A DNA stretch of 48,882 nucleotides, taken from assembly GCA_026196545.1 (NCBI GenBank), contig JAPHSZ010000128.1, positions 1 to 48,882 of the forward strand, in the 5' to 3' direction. The position numbers and the translations under genes are program-made. Positions 26,186-34,193 of this stretch are shown here, one piece after another. The notes below the pieces were generated by a model. The model was not told the origin of the DNA and did no database searches. It saw nothing but the letters and a program-made list of their open reading frames with translations. Origin of the DNA: Gammaproteobacteria bacterium. Its GTDB lineage: Bacteria; Pseudomonadota; Gammaproteobacteria; SZUA-229. The stretch's first letter is position 1; every line of letters starts with the position of its first letter.

Positions 26186-28138
26186 CTATCGTTTTCGTAT
26201 AAAAGATCTTGCCAAAATTAACGTAAATGTCAGACATAGAATTCGTAATAAATCAATCGAGCCAGAATCGCTTGACGATTTCGGCTTGATCGGCATACCA
26301 CCTATGACAGAAATTTTCCCATTCACTGTCATATCTGCATCTCCTCGTCCACCATCTCTAATAATAAGTTCGAGCACACTTCCTGTGAATTCAGTTCCTG
26401 AAGATGTTGCAAATACAGCATTACCAATTATTACTGCACCTGTTTCACCATCATAATCAAAATCAAACCAGTGTTGAGTTGGATTATCGGCTGTTCCCCC
26501 ATACATATAGTATGCACTTGGAATTAAACCTGCAGGCAATATGATACCTACTTCGAGTAGCTGCCCCGGAGCAACTCCTTCAACAATGAAGTCAAACACT
26601 CCTGATCCTATTTTCACATCAGCTGGCATTTCAACCATATCTGTTGATTGTAATGCCGTCATATTCCTGAAGTTATAACCACTATCAGTTAAGTATGTTA
26701 CATAGTTTCCGTAAGCATCAATTAATGTTGCAACATTGCTCTGTCTGCTATCTAGAATATCATCGTTATTTCCATCACCATTATTTGGTCCTAAATCTTC
26801 AATCTCGGCCAACACACCATCATCCTCACCGGCAGCAGTTCCTCTTATTTGAATATTAAACAGTGCCTCATCTGGATCATTTGAAACAATAGAAACCGTC
26901 GCGTCCTTAACACCAGGCGTTAATGGTTTAAACTCAATTATTATTCCACATGATTGGCCTGGCTGTATTGTAACAGCACAGGCATCATCACCATCCACAT
27001 TAACAACTGCCGCATCTTGCCCAATTACAGTAATTGATGAAATATCTAAATCCTGCGTACCCTTATTCTCAATCAAAATCACAGGAATTAAGCTACCAGT
27101 GGGTGGAAATATATATGGTAAATCTGCACTTTCAAGGACATCAACATTACCAAAATTAACACTCGAAAATGAAACATTAATATCTGGCTCATTCACCGCT
27201 AGTCCGCCTACTCCATATAATGAAACCTCATAGCTAATGCCAAGGCTAATAATTTCAATATTAAAACTATCTTCATAAACACCTTCTGACTCAGGTGAAA
27301 ACAAAACCATAAATGAACATTGATCACCAGGCTGAATAACAGAGTTAGCACATCCAACATCAACAACATTAAATGGAGGCAACACAGGGTTATTGTCACT
27401 AATACCGCCGATTAGTATTGCATCACCACCTGTGTTTCTTATCGTAATTTCTGGTTGAACACTACTGCCTGATGTCACGATGCCATAATTAATATCAGAG
27501 GTAATAGTAAACAACTCTGTCATTTGTTTTATCTGCACAAGGTTATCAGTCTGAATAGGGTCAGATATATAATCAATTAATGGAAGTTGTCCAAATGCAG
27601 TATCAATATCAGTACGTCCATCTATAGGATGGTTCGCAATTGTGTCAATCGTCTGCATACCATCATTCAATACTTCACCAAACACTGTATACCCAGAATC
27701 AAGTGAAGATGAATTATCTACTAGATTAATAAACCATTGACTTGTTGCACTATCTGGATCTCCTAGTGTTGCCATAGCAATAGTGCCTCTTAAATTTGAT
27801 AACCCAAGCTCATTGGAAATAGCAGGCTGTTCAGGTATGGCTGAAAAACTAGTTAAGAAATCAGAATTGTTTGGATCATAATTATAGCCGCCTCCCTGAA
27901 TAACAAAACCAGGTACGCTTCGATGTATAAAACTATTATCATAACTACCAGAAAGCATATAGCTCATATAATTGCTAACAGTAACTGGCTTGTCTGTATC
28001 GTATAATCTTAGATCAACGGTATCTTCATCTACTCCTTGCTGTATATTTAAACGTACAACCGTATCTGCATGAGATAGATTTACCATCAGCATTGGTAAT
28101 ATCAAAAAAATTAAACGGATAATTGAAGTTCTAAACAT
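26186..28138 (-). CDS. Secreted multidomain cyclophilin-type peptidyl-prolyl isomerase with a C-terminal sorting-type tail
   Basis: 650 aa. Signal peptide (VNLSHA|D). Cyclophilin motifs FIHRSVPGFVIQGGG, RGTIAMATLGDPDSATSQWFINL and YTVFGEV (aa ~26-195). Two ~100-aa ASH/HYDIN-like beta modules resembling choice-of-anchor D (NTGGDAILIGGIS...PGDQCSF...; NKGTQDLDISSITV...PGQSCGI...SNDPDE). A further domain carries DGGRGDADMTVNG. The tail is SGS-TM-RKR. Confidence 0.8.
   Translation of the reverse strand: MFRTSIIRLIFLILPMLMVNLSHADTVVRLNIQQGVDEDTVDLRLYDTDKPVTVSNYMSYMLSGSYDNSFIHRSVPGFVIQGGGYNYDPNNSDFLTSFSAIPEQPAISNELGLSNLRGTIAMATLGDPDSATSQWFINLVDNSSSLDSGYTVFGEVLNDGMQTIDTIANHPIDGRTDIDTAFGQLPLIDYISDPIQTDNLVQIKQMTELFTITSDINYGIVTSGSSVQPEITIRNTGGDAILIGGISDNNPVLPPFNVVDVGCANSVIQPGDQCSFMVLFSPESEGVYEDSFNIEIISLGISYEVSLYGVGGLAVNEPDINVSFSSVNFGNVDVLESADLPYIFPPTGSLIPVILIENKGTQDLDISSITVIGQDAAVVNVDGDDACAVTIQPGQSCGIIIEFKPLTPGVKDATVSIVSNDPDEALFNIQIRGTAAGEDDGVLAEIEDLGPNNGDGNNDDILDSRQSNVATLIDAYGNYVTYLTDSGYNFRNMTALQSTDMVEMPADVKIGSGVFDFIVEGVAPGQLLEVGIILPAGLIPSAYYMYGGTADNPTQHWFDFDYDGETGAVIIGNAVFATSSGTEFTGSVLELIIRDGGRGDADMTVNGKISVIGGMPIKPKSSSDSGSIDLLRILCLTFTLILARSFIRKR
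26189..26278 (-). other. C-terminal tripartite sorting-type tail of the cyclophilin protein (Ser/Gly motif, TM, basic cluster)
   Basis: SSSDSGSIDLLRILCLTFTLILARSFIRKR. No PEP motif. The class cannot be assigned without HMMs. Confidence 0.4.
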
Positions 28139-28219
28139 AACTAAACTCGATATGGTAATAAATAAAAAATTAATTTAAAGATGACAAGCGTAATTCAGGC
28201 AGCATTCAAAACTTAATTA

Positions 28220-29575
28220 TTAAACTGTAATATTTAGCTTTTTAATTAAATCGTAGAGTGTTGGTCGACTAACACCTAGCAATTCAGCAGCAGGAGCTAT
28301 TTTTCCATTTACATGTGATATGGCTCGAACAATCGCCTGGCGCTCAACTTTTTCCCTAATAAGCCTTAAGTCATAATTCATTCTTTCTGCAGGTGCAGTA
28401 TCTAATTCAAGATCTGTTGCCGTTATATATTTTTCATCTGACATAATTACAGCACGTTTTATTTTGTTCTGAAGCTCACGTACATTTCCAGGCCATGCGT
28501 ATGATTCCATTGACGAAAGCGCATCTTTATTAAAACCCTTCAACTTACTGCCATGCTGCTCATTAAATTCATTAAAAAAATACTTGGCCAGCAAAATTAT
28601 ATCGCCTTCTCGGTCTCTTAGTGGTGGAATCTCTACTGGAATTTCACTAATTCTATAAAACAAATCCTCCCTAAATTCACCTTTCTCAATTTTTTCTCTT
28701 AAGTTCTGGTGTGTTGCACAAACGATGCGAACATTAACAGCTATTGGTTTATGACTACCAATACGTTCAATCACCCTTTCCTGCAAGAACCTTAATAGTT
28801 TTGCTTGCAAGGAAATTGGCAAGTCACCCATTTCATCAAGAAATAGCGTACCTCCATCCGCATATTCAATTTTTCCTATTGTCTGTTTTACAGCACCGGT
28901 AAAAGCACCTTTTTCATAACCAAACAATTCACTTTCCAACAAGTTATCTGGTATGGCGGCGCAATTTATTGCAACAAACTCCCCCTTTTTGTTCCTTCCT
29001 TTAACATGCAGTCCACGAGCACAAATTTCTTTTCCTGTTCCACTTTCACCAAGTAACAAAACAGTCGCATCTGATGGAGCAACCTTTTCAATGGCTTTGC
29101 ATACACTTTGCATCTGTGAGCTACAGGCTATAACCCCATTAAAGTGCTCATGATTTGATAAGTCATGCAGCTTCTTATTTTCAAGTTCTAGGTCATGAAG
29201 CCTAAATGCACGTTCTACAATAAGACTCATAATTTCTGGCTGAAAAGGCTTAGCATAAAAGTCATAAGCGCCAAACGCTATTGCTTGCATGGCATTTTCT
29301 TTTTCATCTTGGCCAGTTACTACTATAACCTTTGTATTGGGTTCAATTTCCAGGATACCTTTTAACGTTGCAATACCTTCAGATGTATTATCTATCTCTG
29401 GCGGCAAACCAAGATCCAGAGTAACCACAGCAGGTTTATATTGGCGCACCTGTTCAAGAGCACTGTCACGGTCATCAGCCAATAAAATGTCATAATTTTC
29501 AAAACACCACCTAATTTGACTTTGCAAACCAGGATCATCCTCTACTATCAGCAGTTTTGTTCTTTCTATTGACAT
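28220..29575 (-). CDS. prsR: PEP-CTERM-box response regulator transcription factor (NtrC-type sigma-54 activator)
   Basis: 451 aa. REC domain (VVTLDLGLPP), AAA+ sigma-54 interaction domain (GESGTGKE, GAFTGA) and a Fis-type HTH (LLGVSRPTLYDLIKKL). Lies directly downstream of the prsK-like kinase in an XrtA locus. Confidence 0.85.
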   Translation of the reverse strand: MSIERTKLLIVEDDPGLQSQIRWCFENYDILLADDRDSALEQVRQYKPAVVTLDLGLPPEIDNTSEGIATLKGILEIEPNTKVIVVTGQDEKENAMQAIAFGAYDFYAKPFQPEIMSLIVERAFRLHDLELENKKLHDLSNHEHFNGVIACSSQMQSVCKAIEKVAPSDATVLLLGESGTGKEICARGLHVKGRNKKGEFVAINCAAIPDNLLESELFGYEKGAFTGAVKQTIGKIEYADGGTLFLDEMGDLPISLQAKLLRFLQERVIERIGSHKPIAVNVRIVCATHQNLREKIEKGEFREDLFYRISEIPVEIPPLRDREGDIILLAKYFFNEFNEQHGSKLKGFNKDALSSMESYAWPGNVRELQNKIKRAVIMSDEKYITATDLELDTAPAERMNYDLRLIREKVERQAIVRAISHVNGKIAPAAELLGVSRPTLYDLIKKLNITV

Positions 29576-29630
29576 TTTTTTCTACCAAAAAACCAATTCA
29601 TTGTCGGAATATTTTACACCTAAAACACAA

Positions 29631-31700
29631 TTAAATACTATTATTAATTGGAATTCGGACAATAAAAATTGTTCCTGCTCCTAATTCACTAAACACTTCT
29701 ATATCACCACCTAAAGATGAAATAATTTCTCTAGATTCATATGCTCCTATTCCCATACCTCGTTCGCCCTTAGTAGTCTTAAAAGGTCTAAACAGCTCAT
29801 TTTTGATAAAATTCTCAGACATTCCACAACCTGTATCCTTGATTTCTATTACAAGCCAACCATCCTGTGTAGAAACCAATATATCTATATTGCCATCATC
29901 ATCAGTCGCATCCTGAGCATTTTGAATTAAATGACCAAAGATAGATAATAACTGTTCAGGATCTCCTTTTACATTACATTGCTCAATTTCACTCATTAAT
30001 TCAGGAATTGGTTTTCCGCCAGCTTTTTTACGATTAATAACGAGTTCATTCAAGAGATCAATAATATCAATAACTATAAATGACTTGGTAAGAACTTTAC
30101 CTTGTAGCTTCTCCATCATAACATTCATTTTATCAACAGAATTTGAAATTGTTTTTATTACATCCTCCATAAACAATGGATTACCCTTATGCTTTTCTGC
30201 ATTGCTAGTAATTAACGATAACTGAGTAACAAGATTTTTTATATCATGCACCATATAAGTTGACAACTTATTATAACTTTCAAATTGTTTAGCCTCAGCC
30301 AATTGCTCTGAGACTTCTCGTTGCACAATAAATGATGCTGCCTGCCTTGCAACAGTATTCAAAAGGTCACTATCTTCCCAATTAAAATGCTTATTGTGAA
30401 CTTTAGAATGATTGAGAACGATAAAGCCTATTAAATCATTTATATGTATTAATGGAACAATAAGCCATGCAGATACTTCGCGCACCCAGGAAGGGAGATT
30501 AAGCTCACCTAGACGATTATATACTTCTGGTGACATATCAAGCTCATCAACGCTTATTACAAACTTATTTTTATCTAAAAATTTAATTAATGATGAATTT
30601 GAAGATACTCTTTTATTTGTGCACATTATCTGATATGACTCAATACAATCATAGTATCCTGCCTCTTTTCGAAGCCAGAGCATTCCACCAGGACTATCAA
30701 TTATCTGGGCAATAGAGAGAATCGTCTTTGAATAAAAGCTTTGACCATCGTCTAAGCTAGATATTGTTTTAATAAACCTTAACCATTCATCTCGGTAATC
30801 ATATTTATAAGGATAAAAATGCTTATTAAGAAAGACTTTCCATCGTGTGCGAACACGATCAGAAAAAAGAAATAATAATAAAGATAATATAGTAAAAAAT
30901 AGAAGGAAGGCTTGTGCAACTAACCCCCAGCTACCACCATAATCCCGTACATAATAACCTGCTACCCCCATTGTCATAAGGTATACAGCACTCGCCAATA
31001 GAGTCGTTGTATGAAATACAACTTTTCTTGAAATAAATATTTCTGGTGACCATAAAGGATCTTTAATTACTGCTACTCCAATTAATGGCACAATCAATGC
31101 ATCAACAAATCCTCTTGCATGCCAGAGTGTAAGATCTATGCGTTTATATAAAAGCGCATCTGAGTACATATAAAAATCATAAACATACATACCTCCTAAC
31201 CCCAGGCATAGAAACTTTATTACTAGTCTCTGTTCTGGCCTTGTATTTCTGTAAAGCTGCTCAATTAGAACAATGCCAATAACAGAAAGCAATAAATGAC
31301 TAGCCAGCAGATAATTGAAGTTATTACCAAATGTTGTTGCATTATGATTCAGATATTGATACAAAACTGGAATCATCATTGCTGCAACAAATACAATGAT
31401 TGCGGCAATAGCGAACATAAAGCTTGTTGTTGTGATACCAGCGCCATACGCAACACTTAACATCATAAGAAGAAGCGTTATCCAGCTTATGCTCTTTGCA
31501 AACTCAAGAACCTGTGGTGTTATGAGATCACTTCCTGTTACAGCTTGGTAGGACATTGAAAGAGCCCATACACTGCTTAATAAAGAGGCAATAATAAGAA
31601 GTCTTTTTGCAGCTCCCTTATGCTTATCCGTAAGCAAAATTGCAAAAAATACAAGAAACGCTAGGGCACTGATAGAATAACCAATTGATCCGATATTCAT
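29631..31700 (-). CDS. prsK: XrtA/PEP-CTERM system sensor histidine kinase
   Basis: 689 aa. About 9-10 N-terminal TM helices, a GAF-like middle region, H-box MVHDIKNLVTQL, N-box LIQNAQDAT, and G-boxes DTGCGM and GMGIGAY. Gene order is prsT-prsK-prsR. Confidence 0.85.
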   Translation of the reverse strand: MNIGSIGYSISALAFLVFFAILLTDKHKGAAKRLLIIASLLSSVWALSMSYQAVTGSDLITPQVLEFAKSISWITLLLMMLSVAYGAGITTTSFMFAIAAIIVFVAAMMIPVLYQYLNHNATTFGNNFNYLLASHLLLSVIGIVLIEQLYRNTRPEQRLVIKFLCLGLGGMYVYDFYMYSDALLYKRIDLTLWHARGFVDALIVPLIGVAVIKDPLWSPEIFISRKVVFHTTTLLASAVYLMTMGVAGYYVRDYGGSWGLVAQAFLLFFTILSLLLFLFSDRVRTRWKVFLNKHFYPYKYDYRDEWLRFIKTISSLDDGQSFYSKTILSIAQIIDSPGGMLWLRKEAGYYDCIESYQIMCTNKRVSSNSSLIKFLDKNKFVISVDELDMSPEVYNRLGELNLPSWVREVSAWLIVPLIHINDLIGFIVLNHSKVHNKHFNWEDSDLLNTVARQAASFIVQREVSEQLAEAKQFESYNKLSTYMVHDIKNLVTQLSLITSNAEKHKGNPLFMEDVIKTISNSVDKMNVMMEKLQGKVLTKSFIVIDIIDLLNELVINRKKAGGKPIPELMSEIEQCNVKGDPEQLLSIFGHLIQNAQDATDDDGNIDILVSTQDGWLVIEIKDTGCGMSENFIKNELFRPFKTTKGERGMGIGAYESREIISSLGGDIEVFSELGAGTIFIVRIPINNSI

Positions 31701-31791
31701 CTTAGACCTTTAGCGCCATATAGATAAAGTAGACATCGCGTAATAGTAAATAAATGCCTAAGATTATCCTTTATCCCAAGCCACGACAAAT

Positions 31792-34059
31792 TTACTGTAG
31801 TTTCTGAAGAACGGCTTCTGCATCATCTTTACCAGAGAAGCCATTGTTTTTTTCAAGTGATCGAGCTAAATAAATTTTAGCTGCATTTAAATCGCCTGTT
31901 TTGTACAAGGCCATACCATAATGATAATTAAAAATATCTTCATAAGGCGATTTTTCAACAACAGTTTTTAAAATCTCAGCCGCTTCTGAGTAATTACCTG
32001 CTTTATAATAAGTCCAGGCCACCGTATCTAGAACAACCGCTTGGTCAATGTTTTTTATTTTATCAACAAGTTCAATAGCTCGATTTAAATCATTTTCATT
32101 ATCACCATGCTCAGAAAGAAGTGAAACCAGATTATTTATTAAAATTGTACTGTTACTATATTTTTTATATGCCTTTTCATATTCATTAATTGCGCTTTTA
32201 TAATCTTTAAGACCTACATATATTTGAGCCACTCTAAATGACATTTCCAGATCACTTTTTACACCTGCTTTAGCAAGATTTACTTTCGCATCAGTTATAT
32301 TTCCAGAAGCTATATGTATTTTTGCAAGAAGCGTATACAAATCAGCTGTGGCACCATCTTCCTGAATAGCAGACTCAACTTTACTTATTGCCTTGGTGAA
32401 ATTGTTCAAAGATGCATACAATGAAACTAATGGCTCAAAAAGAAGACCTTTATCACGGACCTTCTTATAACCTTCTTCTAATAAAGCAATAGCTTCTTTC
32501 TCGCTCTTTTCAGCTAGCAGATAGGGAACATACTGTATATATCCATCTGGCATATCTGGGTATAATTCGACCATCCGAACAGCATATATCTTCGCATCAG
32601 AAAACATTTTTCTTTCATTTAACAGAGTGCTTTTGAATGATAATGCCTCATAATTATTTTCATCTATCGAAAGGCAACTATCGATAATTTTTTCTAATTC
32701 AGCAGTGTTTTTATTTCTAGCATGATATTTAGCTAGTGATATCAGCCCATTAATGTTAGTTCTATTATTGTCATATGCTCGATAAATAATGTCTCTTGCC
32801 TGCTCATTTTCTCCATTACCTTTATGGGCAGCAGATAATAGAAAATATGCTTCGATTTTTTCAGGGTTATCTTTAACCACTGTCCTGAGAGAGATAACTG
32901 CTTCCTCATAATCTTCGTTCAATAGTTGTATTTTTGCATAAATAAAGTTAACTTCAGCATCATTAGGAGATATCTCTAACGCACTGTGTATAAGAGATGT
33001 AGCTGCCTCTATGTTTTCTTTTTGCATATAAAGATTTGCAAGATGAACTCTAGATTCAACACCAACTGAACCCTCAGAAAAGTCTGATACAGCTCCTTCT
33101 AATGCTTTAATCGCTTCGCTGTGATTTTTTTCTTCAAGATAAAGTTTTGCTAAACGAAGCCGAAGCTCACCCATCTCTTGATTCTCATTGATAATTCTCT
33201 TTAATTCGTCTATGGCACTTTGGTAACCTTTTGTTTGTTTGATAATATCAATTAATGCAGCTTTTCTATTAACATCATTAACATCATTCTTAATAGACTC
33301 ACGTAGAATATTTTCTGCTTTTTCAACATTTCCAATTTTTTTATAAAACAAGGCAAGTTTCAAATAATTAGAGAAAATTTCTGGATTTTTCTTCAAAATA
33401 TTTTTGTATTCATTTTCAGCTAGATTATGTTTTCCCGCAGCCAAGTATGCATTCGCCAACCTATTTACTAAGGAACTATCTTCAGGATTTTCTTTAATAC
33501 AGGCTTTAAGCACATTAATGGAGCTTTCATATTTTTCACCTCTTAGATAAAGTGCTGAAAGAAATACAGAATTCTGAATATAGCCTGGTTTTCTAGAAAA
33601 AATATCCTGTGCAATTTTTATTGCTTCATCGACATCATTTTGCTTAAAAAGAATACTTGCCTTAAGAAATAGTCCACTTGTATTATTTTTGTCTTGACCT
33701 AAAATAAAATCTCTTTTTTCAATAGCGGCATTAATATCACCAGCCAATACAAGATGATAGGTACCAATTTTTGCATGATATTCAAGATTATCCGGATCAA
33801 GTTCCACCGCCTTTGAATAGTTCCTGAACGCTTTGCGGTACTCTTTCTTTAAATCAAATATATTAGCCAATCGAAAATAAGCCTGCGCTTCATTAGGATC
33901 TATCTGAAGTACATTTTTTAGTTCTATGCGTGCTTTATCAAGATCACCAGCTTGCAAAGAAAGTTTGGCCTTTTCTAGATAAGCTGCTTTTCTTTCTTCT
34001 GCACCACCACAACCAGTTAGTGCTACTGTTACAATTATTGCTATAAAAAAATACTTCAT
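31792..34059 (-). CDS. prsT: PEP-CTERM system TPR-repeat lipoprotein
   Basis: 755 aa. Lipobox VALTG|C at the N-terminus, then an uninterrupted TPR array. Lies immediately upstream of prsK/prsR. Confidence 0.75.
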   Translation of the reverse strand: MKYFFIAIIVTVALTGCGGAEERKAAYLEKAKLSLQAGDLDKARIELKNVLQIDPNEAQAYFRLANIFDLKKEYRKAFRNYSKAVELDPDNLEYHAKIGTYHLVLAGDINAAIEKRDFILGQDKNNTSGLFLKASILFKQNDVDEAIKIAQDIFSRKPGYIQNSVFLSALYLRGEKYESSINVLKACIKENPEDSSLVNRLANAYLAAGKHNLAENEYKNILKKNPEIFSNYLKLALFYKKIGNVEKAENILRESIKNDVNDVNRKAALIDIIKQTKGYQSAIDELKRIINENQEMGELRLRLAKLYLEEKNHSEAIKALEGAVSDFSEGSVGVESRVHLANLYMQKENIEAATSLIHSALEISPNDAEVNFIYAKIQLLNEDYEEAVISLRTVVKDNPEKIEAYFLLSAAHKGNGENEQARDIIYRAYDNNRTNINGLISLAKYHARNKNTAELEKIIDSCLSIDENNYEALSFKSTLLNERKMFSDAKIYAVRMVELYPDMPDGYIQYVPYLLAEKSEKEAIALLEEGYKKVRDKGLLFEPLVSLYASLNNFTKAISKVESAIQEDGATADLYTLLAKIHIASGNITDAKVNLAKAGVKSDLEMSFRVAQIYVGLKDYKSAINEYEKAYKKYSNSTILINNLVSLLSEHGDNENDLNRAIELVDKIKNIDQAVVLDTVAWTYYKAGNYSEAAEILKTVVEKSPYEDIFNYHYGMALYKTGDLNAAKIYLARSLEKNNGFSGKDDAEAVLQKLQ

Positions 34060-34193
34060 GTTAATTAACTCTTATATTGGCATATATTAGTAATAGTGAT
34101 GAATAGATGCATATAAGTAATATATGTATTTATTTCTGACTACCTAAGAATAATAATGATTATCTTACGGTACTAACATAAGATAATAATGTA

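Noticed and set aside
31756-31770. GG/GC pair with 12-nt spacing on the minus strand upstream of prsK (AGGATAATCTTAGGCA).
   Set aside because: Only the four invariant bases match. The flanking consensus positions (TGGCAC, TTGCA) are absent, so this is likely chance.
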